Notes: generated by a model not told the origin, from the sequence alone. 64,000 nucleotides of DNA from Bacteroidota bacterium (GCA_031417555.1 JANOVV010000028.1:9914-73913); one strand, 5' to 3'. Numbered from the stretch's first letter, positions 51,122 to 60,761 are shown. A program made the numbers and translations.

Positions 51122-52033
51122 TTACTTTTTAAATTTGTAAGTAAAAACTAATCCATTTATTTCACCGGTCGAAAAGGGCAATATACTCATACCTGTATTA
51201 TTATTTGATTTGGTTTTGTGATATTGTGGAACAAGTATTCCCGCTAAAACTCCTGTAGCTGTGCCTAATAAAATATCCGAAGGGAAATGTTCGCCACCTC
51301 TCAAGCGCATGTAAGCCGTTGCTCCGGTTGCCGCTGAGGCAATCCCATAAAACAACCACTTTACTTTTGAATCGGGGTGATAATCGGCATAAACCTTTGC
51401 GATAAAAAATGTTGGAGTTGCAACAACCTGAACGTGGCCTGCAAAGAATGAATTTTTTGCAATGCTGCCTGTTCGTTTGTCCATGGTTGTTTCTGATGTG
51501 TATGCATAAGGTCTGTACCTATCAATATGGTAAGTGGCACTTGTCCCCAATAGGCCCGTAATAGACATTGCTTCCCAGTATAAAAATCCAAGCTTTATAA
51601 AATCATTGCGTGTTTCTTTTCCGGTGAGGAAAAATACCAGGGGTAGGGGAATGGAAGCATAAAAAGGATAATAACTTATATCATCCAACGATTGAGAATA
51701 TGAATATACGGCCCATCGGTCGAAAGCATTTATATCTTCTTTCTTTAAGTTTTGAATTTGTTCAAGAGTAGGGGGTGTTTTATTATATATTTTGGTGAAT
51801 GCATAAACCGACCAGGCTGTACCAACAGCAACGATGGAAATGTCAACTGCTGGATTAAGAGTATATACAGGACCTGCAATTTTAATATTCGCTTCAGTTT
51901 TATCTTGCAAAACCAGTGTTTGGGATTTATCAATTATTGAATCCTGCGAATTTATAGTGGTTGAATCTATTTGTGAATAAACTGATATAAATGAAAAAAT
52001 GAAAAGTAAAAACAGAATATTATTTTTCCGCAT
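51122..52033 (-). CDS. PAP2-family phosphatase
   Basis: RYRPY, SFFAGH and R..GGEHFPSD motifs. Confidence 0.82.
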   Translation of the reverse strand: MRKNNILFLLFIFSFISVYSQIDSTTINSQDSIIDKSQTLVLQDKTEANIKIAGPVYTLNPAVDISIVAVGTAWSVYAFTKIYNKTPPTLEQIQNLKKEDINAFDRWAVYSYSQSLDDISYYPFYASIPLPLVFFLTGKETRNDFIKLGFLYWEAMSITGLLGTSATYHIDRYRPYAYTSETTMDKRTGSIAKNSFFAGHVQVVATPTFFIAKVYADYHPDSKVKWLFYGIASAATGATAYMRLRGGEHFPSDILLGTATGVLAGILVPQYHKTKSNNNTGMSILPFSTGEINGLVFTYKFKK

Positions 52034-52052
52034 AATTTATTTCAAAATATTT

Positions 52053-52637
52053 TTATTTTGTATGAATTGCTAATCCGATGGTTGATACACCGGTTGATAA
52101 ATCAAGGAAAATACCCAGATTATTATTTAAATGATATTCCGTACCGATGTGTAAATCGAAATTCATGTGACTGGAATGATTATAATAATTTCTATCACCG
52201 TAATAGTCATTATCCCATGATGAATTTACAATTGTGAATCCTAATGATGCTGCCAGGTAAAAATCCCATTTAGAATTTGCATTTAACAGTTGATCAAAAT
52301 AATATGTTCCTTTCAAACCAATTGGAATAACTGTTTCACGATAATAATAGTATTTATATGGATAATTCTTTTTTTTGTCACCCCAATAATAACTATTTGA
52401 ATAAGTATAAAAGCTAATGAATGGGGCTAATGTAAAATTAGTACCTGCATTTAATTCATAATCTATGTGAAAAACAGGTAAAGATCGTCCGGAATTTCCA
52501 TAATTCCCTGAATAGCCTCCTACACCCACACCTAAATTTAGGGTATTCCCGTAATTTTCCGTTGTGCGTGTTTCTTGAGCGGAGATATTTAAACTAAACA
52601 TTATTAATAAAAGCGAGGCAGTAATAAATGATTTCAT
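52053..52637 (-). CDS. Small exported beta-barrel-like protein
   Basis: Signal peptide and Tyr/Gly-rich amphipathic strands. Confidence 0.7.
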   Translation of the reverse strand: MKSFITASLLLIMFSLNISAQETRTTENYGNTLNLGVGVGGYSGNYGNSGRSLPVFHIDYELNAGTNFTLAPFISFYTYSNSYYWGDKKKNYPYKYYYYRETVIPIGLKGTYYFDQLLNANSKWDFYLAASLGFTIVNSSWDNDYYGDRNYYNHSSHMNFDLHIGTEYHLNNNLGIFLDLSTGVSTIGLAIHTK

Positions 52638-52675
52638 AAATTTTATATTTAAAATAGCAGAGTTGATATACTAAG

Positions 52676-52740
52676 CAAAGCTCGCCATTTTGCTCAACAC
52701 AGATTTACATAACTCTGTTAATAATTTACATCATTCACAC
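52676..52740 (-). promoter_or_regulatory. Island promoter module, copy 10
   Basis: Cores at 52705 and 52726; -7 box GAGCTTTG at 52676 (offset 29). Confidence 0.85.
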
Positions 52741-52784
52741 ATTAAATGATTTCAATTTATCTAGGGTAAATAAAATGACTGAAA

Positions 52785-53168
52785 TCAGACCTTTGAAAAA
52801 TGCTCTATGACAAAAGCATGTTTTTGATTTTCAGTCATTTTATCTGCTTGTTTTACTTCGATATTTATATTTTCAAATCGATGATCAGCTTTTAAAATAT
52901 TAAATAACTCAGCCTTGGCATCTGTCGGTCCAAAAATAATTACTTCATCAAATTTTCTAATTTCTTCACCCAATTTTTTATAATATTCGGATTGTTGATG
53001 TTGTTCTTTATTATGCATAAGTGATTCGCCCTTTCCCATACTAGTTGCCATTACTTCATGAGTAAATTTTGATTCAATTGTTTTTGATTCAATTGGACCG
53101 GTATTAACTTCCATCAAATGTGCACTTGCATGATCCAACCAAATACCTAAATATTTTGCTTTTGTCAT
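52785..53168 (-). CDS. Hypothetical protein, eRF1-domain-2 / host-attachment-like
   Basis: GIWLDH..A.L, YYKKL...I, IIFGP..AK.EL and DKMTENQ motifs. Confidence 0.6.
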   Translation of the reverse strand: MTKAKYLGIWLDHASAHLMEVNTGPIESKTIESKFTHEVMATSMGKGESLMHNKEQHQQSEYYKKLGEEIRKFDEVIIFGPTDAKAELFNILKADHRFENINIEVKQADKMTENQKHAFVIEHFSKV

Positions 53169-53240
53169 TTCTAATTTATTTGTTTTTATTTTGTTAAAAG
53201 AATAAATTTAATTGTAAATATTGTTTTTAAGAGCTTACAC

Positions 53241-53453
53241 TTAAATAATTGAATGATTACTTTCATATTTATTTAACAATGCTTCTAATGAATTATAATA
53301 ATCTTTAAGGATTTTAATATTTATTTCCGGATTTTCTGTATCTGGAATTGTAACCGGCATTTCAGCAATGTATTTAGTTAACTCCGGAAATTTATCCTGA
53401 ATAGTCATAGTTAATTTTAAAATATCACTATTCAATTCCTTTTCTGTTTTCAT
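53241..53453 (-). CDS. Hypothetical 70-aa protein
   Basis: ATG lies 18 bp from the -7 box of module copy 11; FPEL.KYI.EMPVTIP core. Confidence 0.75.
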   Translation of the reverse strand: MKTEKELNSDILKLTMTIQDKFPELTKYIAEMPVTIPDTENPEINIKILKDYYNSLEALLNKYESNHSII

Positions 53454-53470
53454 ATTGGATATTTAAAAAT

Positions 53471-53535
53471 CAAAGTTACTTTACCTGGAAATTATAATGT
53501 TATAAAAATTTTGAAATAAGTTACATTATTCCCAC
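53471..53535 (-). promoter_or_regulatory. Island promoter module, copy 11
   Basis: Cores at 53500 and 53521; -7 box TAACTTTG at 53471 (offset 29). Confidence 0.8.
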
Positions 53536-53604
53536 TTTCAGAAAAATGTTTCTTTCTACCAGTAAATTCAATTTTTTGAAAATTTACTTTTGATAAGTAT
53601 TATT

Positions 53605-55506
53605 TTATTCGGCGGGAATATAAATATCAAATTGTGCACCTTTATTTAATTCACTTTTAGCTGAGATTATTCCACTGTGATTTTCAACTATTTTTTTTAC
53701 GATTGCAAGCCCGATTCCAGTACCGGCATAAACTTCTTTACCGTGAAGTTTTTGGAACACTTCAAAAATACGTTCACTAAAGTGTGGCTCGAAGCCAATG
53801 CCATTATCTTTTATTGTGATATGGCAATAGTTCTTTCCGGATGAAAGTTTTGGATTATTTAATGTACTGCCTTTTACATTTTGACTCTTGATTGATATAA
53901 TCGGAGAAACACCGGGATTTGAAAATTTGAGTGCATTACTTATAAGATTGTACATAAGCTGGCGAAATTGAAAAGAAATAATGTTTGCATATCCAAGTTC
54001 AGTTGATTCAATTTTGGCTTGTTTTTCTTGAATGGTATCTCTTAATTCTGCTTTTACTTCTTCTATAATTAATTTTAGTTCTGTTTTTTCAAATTTTAGT
54101 TCTGTAGTGCTAATTCGCGAAAATGCCAGTAAATCATCAATAAGTTGTTGCATTCTTCCAGCAGCTAATTGCATCCTTTTAAAATTATATTGGCCATTTT
54201 CAGAGAGCTTTTCATTCTCAAGTATAATCGTAACAAAAGTTTGAATTTTACGAAGAGGTTCTTGCAAATCATGACTAGATACATAGGTGAAAGCAATAAG
54301 CTCTTTGTTGGCAATAATTAACTCGGCTGCTCGTTTTTCTTTCTCTTCATTTTGAAAAGCAAGTTCTTTGTTGGCAATGCCTAACTCTGCAGCCCGTTTT
54401 TCTTTCTCTTCATTTTGAAAAGCAAGTTCCTTGTTTGCAATACCTAACTCAGCTGCTCTTTTTTCTTTCTCTTCGTTTTGATAGGCGAGTTCTTTGTTGG
54501 CAACACCTAATTCTGCTGCTCGCTTTTCTTTTTCATCGTTTTGATAAGCAAGTTCTTTGTTGGCAATGCCTAACTCTGCAGCCCGTTTTTCTTTCTCAGC
54601 ATTTTCAAAGACAAGTTTTTTGTTGGCAATACCTAACTCATCTGCACGTTTTTCTTTCTCTTTGTTTTCAAAGGCAAGTTTTTTGTTGGCAATGCCTAAC
54701 TCCGCTGCCCGTTTTTCTTTTTCTTCATTTTGAAAAGCAAGTTCTTTATTAGCAATTCCTAATTCTGCTGCACGTTTTTCTTTTTCTTCGTTTTGAAAGG
54801 CTAGTTCTATGTTTGCAATACTTAGCTCCGCAGCGCGTTTTTCTTTTTCTTTATTTTGAAAGGCAAGTTCTTTGTTGGCAATGATTAATTCTGCCGCGCG
54901 TTTTTCTTTCTCTGCTGCCCGTTTTTCTTTTTCTATGTTTTGAAAAACTAGTTCTTTATTGGCAATGCCTAACTCTGCTGCTCTTTTTTCTTTCTCTTCG
55001 TTTTGATAGACAAGTTCTTTGTTGGCAATAATTAACTCTTCTGCCCGCTTTCCTTTCTCCTCGTCTTGAAAGACAAGTTCCTTGTTGGCAATGCCTAGCT
55101 CTGCTGCACGTTTCCCTTTCTCTTCATCTTGAAAGGCTAGTTCTATATTAGCAATGCCTAATTCTTCTGCCCGTTTTCCTTTCTCTTCGTCTTGAAAGGC
55201 TAGTTCTTTGTTAGCAATGCCCAACTCTGCCGCCCGCTTTTCTTTCTCTTCGTCTTGAAAGACTAGTTCCTTGTTAGCTATGCCTAACTCTGCCGCCCTT
55301 TTTCCTTTCTCTCCTTTTTGAAAGGCAAGCTCTTTGTTGGCAATCACTAACTCTGCTGCCCTTTTTCCTTTTTCTTCTTTTTGAATAACAAGTTCTTTGC
55401 GGGCAATCACTAATTCTGCTGCCAGTTTTTCTTTCTCTTCTTTTTGAACGGCAAGTTCTTTACGAAGAATGATTAACTCATTTTCCGTTTTATTTATTTT
55501 AACCAT
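53605..55506 (-). CDS. Soluble histidine kinase with an N-terminal 21-aa-repeat coiled coil
   Basis: H-box SHDLQEPLR, N-box NLISNALKF, G-boxes DNGIG and GTGIGL. Residues 8-403 are repeats; no TM helix. Confidence 0.93.
   Translation of the reverse strand: MVKINKTENELIILRKELAVQKEEKEKLAAELVIARKELVIQKEEKGKRAAELVIANKELAFQKGEKGKRAAELGIANKELVFQDEEKEKRAAELGIANKELAFQDEEKGKRAEELGIANIELAFQDEEKGKRAAELGIANKELVFQDEEKGKRAEELIIANKELVYQNEEKEKRAAELGIANKELVFQNIEKEKRAAEKEKRAAELIIANKELAFQNKEKEKRAAELSIANIELAFQNEEKEKRAAELGIANKELAFQNEEKEKRAAELGIANKKLAFENKEKEKRADELGIANKKLVFENAEKEKRAAELGIANKELAYQNDEKEKRAAELGVANKELAYQNEEKEKRAAELGIANKELAFQNEEKEKRAAELGIANKELAFQNEEKEKRAAELIIANKELIAFTYVSSHDLQEPLRKIQTFVTIILENEKLSENGQYNFKRMQLAAGRMQQLIDDLLAFSRISTTELKFEKTELKLIIEEVKAELRDTIQEKQAKIESTELGYANIISFQFRQLMYNLISNALKFSNPGVSPIISIKSQNVKGSTLNNPKLSSGKNYCHITIKDNGIGFEPHFSERIFEVFQKLHGKEVYAGTGIGLAIVKKIVENHSGIISAKSELNKGAQFDIYIPAE
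54298..55485 (-). repeat. 63-bp tandem repeat (AAELGIANKELAFQNEEKEKR): 17 full units, 2 partial units and one 21-bp insert
   Basis: Counted from the translation. The insert AAEKEKR lies at 54898-54918. Confidence 0.92.
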
Positions 55507-55534
55507 ATTCAGGCTTGATAAAGTTGATTTGTTT

Positions 55535-56020
55535 TTAATTAACTAAACTGTTTTCCAATGTGAGCACAAAATTTTCTATGGTCGGTTGTAATATATTTCC
55601 TGAATTACCGATTGGCAGGTCTCGCATTAAAATCGCAACAGTTTGTTGAATTAGTTTTTTCAACTGTGAAAATTCTGCCGGTTTGCGGATGAAATAGTGT
55701 GCCCCATTTTTGTAAAGCTGATTTACAACGTCTTGTTCAAAAGAAGTTGAGTATATGATTACAGGAAGTTTATTCAGACTGTTATTTAGTTTTATTTCAT
55801 TTAAACATTCGAAACCATTTTTTCTGGGCATATTTAGATCCAGGAAAAGTACATCCGGAAGTTGATGAGAATTTTCATCTAGGTATACCATTAATTTTTC
55901 ACCATCCATAACTATTGCAAGCTGCGTTGGAACTGTTAATGATTCTAATGCCATACTAAAAAAGAAACGGTCATCTTTGTCGTCATCTGCTAAAAGGATA
56001 CTCAATTGTTTTATACTCAT
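55535..56020 (-). CDS. Single-domain response regulator
   Basis: LLADDD, FLDLNMPRKNG, YSTS and IRKP motifs. Confidence 0.92.
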   Translation of the reverse strand: MSIKQLSILLADDDKDDRFFFSMALESLTVPTQLAIVMDGEKLMVYLDENSHQLPDVLFLDLNMPRKNGFECLNEIKLNNSLNKLPVIIYSTSFEQDVVNQLYKNGAHYFIRKPAEFSQLKKLIQQTVAILMRDLPIGNSGNILQPTIENFVLTLENSLVN

Positions 56021-56493
56021 GCGTTAAGAATGTATTTTAATTGACTGGCTGAAACTATTTTATCTGATGCTATTGGAATCGCATGTTGAATAACTTGCAT
56101 AAGTTGGTTGAAATTGCCGGGCTTGCGGATATATATATTGGCTCCAATCTTAAAGGCATGGTTTATAGAATCCCGCGAATTCGATGTTGAAAATATAACT
56201 ATTGGAAGATCTTTAAGTCTATCGTTTTTCTTTATTTCAGATAAACATTCGAAACCGTTTTTACGCGGCATATTGATGTCTAAGAATAAAAGATTGGGAA
56301 GATCAATAGTTTCATTAGTGAGCAGTTGCATGAGTTCTTCTCCGTCATTGACTGTTTTCAGATTTGTGGATAGATTTAATTTAGCTAACGCTTCTTTAAA
56401 AAAATTGCAATCGTCGGTATCGTCATCTGCAAGGAGAATGTTTAGTGTTTTTATTTTTTTATAGTTCGGTAATGGTTCGTATAATATTTTCAT
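56017..56493 (-). CDS. Single-domain response regulator
   Basis: LLADDD, FLDINMPRKNG, FSTS and IRKP motifs. Confidence 0.92.
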   Translation of the reverse strand: MKILYEPLPNYKKIKTLNILLADDDTDDCNFFKEALAKLNLSTNLKTVNDGEELMQLLTNETIDLPNLLFLDINMPRKNGFECLSEIKKNDRLKDLPIVIFSTSNSRDSINHAFKIGANIYIRKPGNFNQLMQVIQHAIPIASDKIVSASQLKYILNA

Positions 56494-56517
56494 TATTTAA
56501 TGTATTAATACAATTTA

Positions 56518-56976
56518 TTACTTTCCGGAGTCTTTGGATGATTGTAATTCTAATAGTTTTGTAAGTGAAAGTTCAATAATATTCCTTAATTGTTTGAAAT
56601 CACCGGGTTTTCGAATATAGTTTTGTGCTCCTATTTCGAAAAGTTTATTTGCCAGGTCCAACTCATAAACTTTATCCCGTGAATAAGATGTTGAAAACAC
56701 AACTACATGGATATCTTTCAGTTTAATATTTTCTTTTATTTCAGTTAAACATTCGTATCCTGTTTTGCGTGGCATGCTCAGATCAAGAAAAAGAATGTCA
56801 GGCAAGTGTTCTAGGCTCTTACCAAGATAATCCATAAGCTCTTCTCCATCATTGACAGTTTTAAGTTGAGTGGGAATAGTAATTTCCTTTAATGCGTTCT
56901 CGAAAAATAATCGATCGTCTTTATCATCATCTGCAAGTAAAATATTAATTACAGTATTCATTTGATTTGTTTTCAT
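56518..56976 (-). CDS. Single-domain response regulator
   Basis: LLADDD, FLDLSMPRKTG, FSTS and IRKP motifs. Confidence 0.92.
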   Translation of the reverse strand: MKTNQMNTVINILLADDDKDDRLFFENALKEITIPTQLKTVNDGEELMDYLGKSLEHLPDILFLDLSMPRKTGYECLTEIKENIKLKDIHVVVFSTSYSRDKVYELDLANKLFEIGAQNYIRKPGDFKQLRNIIELSLTKLLELQSSKDSGK

Positions 56977-56983
56977 ATTTAAT

Positions 56984-57418
56984 TTACATCCTCTCCATAT
57001 ACCAATTTAATTCTTTCTCCATTTTTTTGTAACGGAAAATTGTTGTAATAATTTTTCGTAAACGCATGAAGGCTGTTTCGCTTTTCACAACGTAGTCAAA
57101 AGCCCTGTGATGCATACAATTTACAGCGACTTCAATTTTATCCTGAGAGGATAACATAATAACAGGAATATCCTGATTATATGCTTTTATTTTATCCAAT
57201 GTTTCCATTCCATTCATTGCATTTTTATCGATACCATCGAGATGGTAATCTAGAATAATTACATCAGGACTGTGTGATAAATTTTCCATGCACAGTTCAC
57301 CTGTGGCAAATGTTTCGATTTCGAAATCGGCATTTTCTAAAAATTCTATTTCTAGTGATTTTAAAAAGACTGCATCATCATCTACTAAAAAGAGTTTAAT
57401 CTTACTTTCGTTTTTCAT
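56984..57418 (-). CDS. Single-domain response regulator (different subtype)
   Basis: FLVDDD, ILDYHL, LSSQD and DYVVKSET motifs; short C-terminal tail. Confidence 0.9.
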   Translation of the reverse strand: MKNESKIKLFLVDDDAVFLKSLEIEFLENADFEIETFATGELCMENLSHSPDVIILDYHLDGIDKNAMNGMETLDKIKAYNQDIPVIMLSSQDKIEVAVNCMHHRAFDYVVKSETAFMRLRKIITTIFRYKKMEKELNWYMERM

Positions 57419-59781
57419 TTATTTGTATTCTTTAATATATTATATTCATCTTCCAATTCTTTACAAGCTTGCATGCAAACTTTTTCAAGTTGTAATACTA
57501 AATCATTTATGTTTTCTGTTTGAAGTTGCGTATTTGCATATTCATGTACTTTTTTTGCTATATTTTCAAAATCTGTATGAATTCCCATAATTGAAAAAGA
57601 TGGAATCATTTTATGGGCCGCAGCTTGTAAAGAATTCCAATCTTTATTCTGCAGGCTTTGTTTCATATTATCAATTAATGATGGCGTTTGTTTTAAATAA
57701 AGACTAATCATTTCCATTATTAAAGCCGGATTTGATTTTGTATGTTTATTCAAATAGTTTAAATTGATATATTTTGCTATATTATCTTGTTTGCTTTTAT
57801 TTTGATTGTCCTGATTTATTTTTGTTTCAACTAATATAGATGTAGGTTTTCTTACTAAACTAATTATTTTGTTATACAACAATTCTTCGTTGACGGGTTT
57901 TGAAACATAATCGTTCATCCCAATCGCTTTGCATTTCGCTAAATCTACTGTTGTTACATCAGCTGTTAAAGCGATAATAGGAATTTTGGATTTCATTGTA
58001 TTCCTAATATATTCGGTGGCTTCAAATCCATTCATTTCAGGCATCTGTAAATCCATTAAAATAATGTCGTACGAATTAATTTTTAGTTTTTCAATAGCTA
58101 TCTTACCATTTTCTGCAATATCACGATCAAAACCTAAATCATCCAATATTGTTTTCATTAATAATTGATTAAGCGGAATGTCTTCAACAACTAATATTTT
58201 TACAGTTCTAATTTCTTTATTTATTTCTTCAGGTTCAATTTCTAAATTGACTTCTTCATTTGTTTTTTTAAAAGTCAAAGTAAAACTAAAAGTTGAACCT
58301 TCTTTAATCTTACTTTTTACATGGATAATTCCTCCTTGTGGTTCTACCAGTTGTTTCACAATGGCAAGCCCTAAGCCGGTTCCACCATATAATCGCGAGG
58401 TGCCGCTGGATGCTTGTTGAAAGTTTTCAAAAATATTTTCTAATTTATTTTCGGCTATTCCAATTCCTGTATCTGAAACCATAAATTCAATGGTGGCTTT
58501 TTCATTATTTTCACTAACCAGTCGGACGCTAACGGTTATTTTTCCACTGCTTGTAAATTTTACTGCATTACTAATCAGATTTAATATAATCTGATGCAAT
58601 CGTACCGGATCGCCTATAAGTACCTCCGGAATATTTTTGTCGTATTCTTTAACAAGTTCAAGATTCTTCTCCTGGATTTTTGTATCAAATAAATGAAGCA
58701 TTGCAGATATAGATAGCTCTAATTTAAAAGGGATTGCTTCAAATGACATTTTTCCTGAATCTACTTTGGCAAGATCAAGAATGTCGTTAATCAGAACTAT
58801 TAAAGCATCGCCACTCATTTTTATGGCAGTTAAATATTCTTTTTGTTTGGCCGTCAGGTCGGTTTTCAATACAACTTTTGTAAATCCTATTATTGCATTC
58901 ATCGGAGTGCGAATTTCATGACTCATGTTGGAAAGGAATTGCTGTTTGGCTTGAACTGCATTTTCTGCAATTATAGTTGCGCTTTCTGCATTAATCTTTG
59001 CTTTTTCGGCAATTTCAGTTGCTAATTCAGCAAATACTCTGGCTTCGATTAATTCTTTTTCTATTCTTTTTTGTTCTGTAATTACCCGGGCTACAACGAC
59101 AGCACCAAGTACTTTCCCTCTGTCGTCTTTATAAACGGATCCATTAAAAAGTACATCGGTTAGTTTTCCATCCATCATTGTTAATGGAAAGTCTTCTACA
59201 AAACCATTTGCAAAAACCTGTTTATAACCTTCGCGGGCTTTTTCCGGTTCTGTAAAATACCTGGAGAAATCTGAACCAATTAGTTTCTCTCGGGATACAT
59301 GTGTTATTTTTACTGAAGCATTATTCATATCAGAAATTTTTCCTTCTGAATTAATTGTAAAAAGAGGATCGCGACTTGCTTCAATAAGGCTTAATGAATA
59401 TTTTGAAAGTAATTTTTGTGTTGTAACATCTCTTGCGACAATCACAACACCGAGAACATTTCCTTTATCATCTTTGTAAACAGACCCATTGAATAATACA
59501 TCTGTCAATTTTCCATTTGTATGACGGAGTGTAAGTGGAGAATCAGTTACAGAACCATTAGCAAACACTTCCTGGTAAACTTCTCTTGCTTTTTGAGGCT
59601 CAGTAAAATAATCGAAAAAATCAGTACCGGTAAGTTTCTCACGGCTCATTCCGGTAATATTTGCCAATGCCTGATTCATGTCGGTTATTTTTCCATGAGT
59701 ATTTATAGTAACCAATGGATCTAAACTGGCTTCTATTAAACTTCTCGCATACTGCGATTCAGGCATATTATTATTTTCCAT
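57415..59781 (-). CDS. Soluble hybrid kinase: PAS-PAS-HisKA-HATPase-REC-Hpt
   Basis: Two similar PAS repeats (SLIEAS.DPL.TIN), H-box SHEIRTPM, GGTGLGL, receiver LMDLQMP and Hpt-like AAHKMIPS; no TM helix. Confidence 0.93.
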   Translation of the reverse strand: MENNNMPESQYARSLIEASLDPLVTINTHGKITDMNQALANITGMSREKLTGTDFFDYFTEPQKAREVYQEVFANGSVTDSPLTLRHTNGKLTDVLFNGSVYKDDKGNVLGVVIVARDVTTQKLLSKYSLSLIEASRDPLFTINSEGKISDMNNASVKITHVSREKLIGSDFSRYFTEPEKAREGYKQVFANGFVEDFPLTMMDGKLTDVLFNGSVYKDDRGKVLGAVVVARVITEQKRIEKELIEARVFAELATEIAEKAKINAESATIIAENAVQAKQQFLSNMSHEIRTPMNAIIGFTKVVLKTDLTAKQKEYLTAIKMSGDALIVLINDILDLAKVDSGKMSFEAIPFKLELSISAMLHLFDTKIQEKNLELVKEYDKNIPEVLIGDPVRLHQIILNLISNAVKFTSSGKITVSVRLVSENNEKATIEFMVSDTGIGIAENKLENIFENFQQASSGTSRLYGGTGLGLAIVKQLVEPQGGIIHVKSKIKEGSTFSFTLTFKKTNEEVNLEIEPEEINKEIRTVKILVVEDIPLNQLLMKTILDDLGFDRDIAENGKIAIEKLKINSYDIILMDLQMPEMNGFEATEYIRNTMKSKIPIIALTADVTTVDLAKCKAIGMNDYVSKPVNEELLYNKIISLVRKPTSILVETKINQDNQNKSKQDNIAKYINLNYLNKHTKSNPALIMEMISLYLKQTPSLIDNMKQSLQNKDWNSLQAAAHKMIPSFSIMGIHTDFENIAKKVHEYANTQLQTENINDLVLQLEKVCMQACKELEDEYNILKNTNK

Positions 59782-59810
59782 TTATTCCGATACTATTTAT
59801 TGGGAGTAAA

Positions 59811-60398
59811 TCAATTATTATTTATTTGAATCTGATTGCCTATTTCTTCTATTGGCATTCGCTTTTTATCTTTTAATTTCTTGAAGTGCGATGGAGAAAG
59901 ACCTGTAACTTTTTTAAATTGATTTGAAAGATGAGCAACACTACTGTAATTCATTTTCCATGCAATTTCTGTAATATTTAATTCTCCGTAAATCATTAAT
60001 TCTTTTATCCGTTCAATTTTATGTGAAATGATAAATTGCTCTATAGTCGTTCCTTGTACTTCTGAAAATAAATTCGATAAATAGGTATAATCATGATTTA
60101 ATTTTTTACTCAAAAAATCAGAAAAATTGGTTTTTATTATTTCATCAGTATGATGAACCATTTCGATAATTACATTTTTAATTTTTTCGATTAATACTGC
60201 GCGTTTGTCATCCATCAATTCTAGACCGGAATTCAGCAATACAACCTTCATTTCTTCGCGTTGTTCAATAGAAATATTTTCCATGATTTCAACTTCGCCT
60301 AAATCAACAACAATAAAATGTAATCCAAGACTTTTTAATGCTTCTTTAACCGCCAATTTACAGCGATTACTGACCATGTATTTGATGTATATTTTCAA
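59811..60398 (-). CDS. AraC-family regulator with an HMA-like N-terminal domain (paralog 2, probable TTG start)
   Basis: TTG at 60398 gives MKIYIKYMVSNRC, which aligns with paralog 1. The ORF-track start at 60428 lies inside the -7 box. HTH is ITEIAWKMNYSSVAHLSNQFKKVTGLSPS. Confidence 0.9.
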   Translation of the reverse strand: MKIYIKYMVSNRCKLAVKEALKSLGLHFIVVDLGEVEIMENISIEQREEMKVVLLNSGLELMDDKRAVLIEKIKNVIIEMVHHTDEIIKTNFSDFLSKKLNHDYTYLSNLFSEVQGTTIEQFIISHKIERIKELMIYGELNITEIAWKMNYSSVAHLSNQFKKVTGLSPSHFKKLKDKKRMPIEEIGNQIQINNN

Positions 60399-60425
60399 AT
60401 GGTTCTGTTTTAATTGAGACTTGTA

Positions 60426-60491
60426 CAAATTTGTGTTTTTTAAGACCTGTAATTGTTATAGAACTTTCTTTAATTGTTACATAATTCACAC
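60426..60491 (-). promoter_or_regulatory. Island promoter module, copy 12 (AraC-phosphorelay operon)
   Basis: Cores at 60456 and 60477; -7 box CAAATTTG at 60426 (offset 30). Confidence 0.85.
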
Positions 60492-60695
60492 ATTATCAAC
60501 TAGTAAATTAAATTACCTGTTTCATAAAGCATAGGTGTTGAGTATGTTAACTTCGATTTAAAAAAGCTTAAGATTTTAGCGTTTATTTATTACAACCTTA
60601 AAAACGAAATAAATAATTTTTCTAAACAATTTTTATCCTGTTATTAATTTACAATTTAAATAGGAAAGGATGCCAATGATTAAGAATTTTCATTT

Positions 60696-60761
60696 ACAAT
60701 AATTATATAATTATTATCCTTTTATATGTAAGTAAAAGAATATAAATCATATTCACCTTAG
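60696..60761 (+). promoter_or_regulatory. Island promoter module, copy 13 (degenerate)
   Basis: TATATAA ending at 60710, ATGTAA ending at 60731 and -7 box CACCTTAG ending at 60761, giving the same 21/30 geometry. Confidence 0.6.

Noticed and set aside
54298-55485. 63-bp periodicity as a possible CRISPR array
   Set aside because: There are no unique spacers, the units vary at synonymous positions within an open frame, and no cas genes are present.
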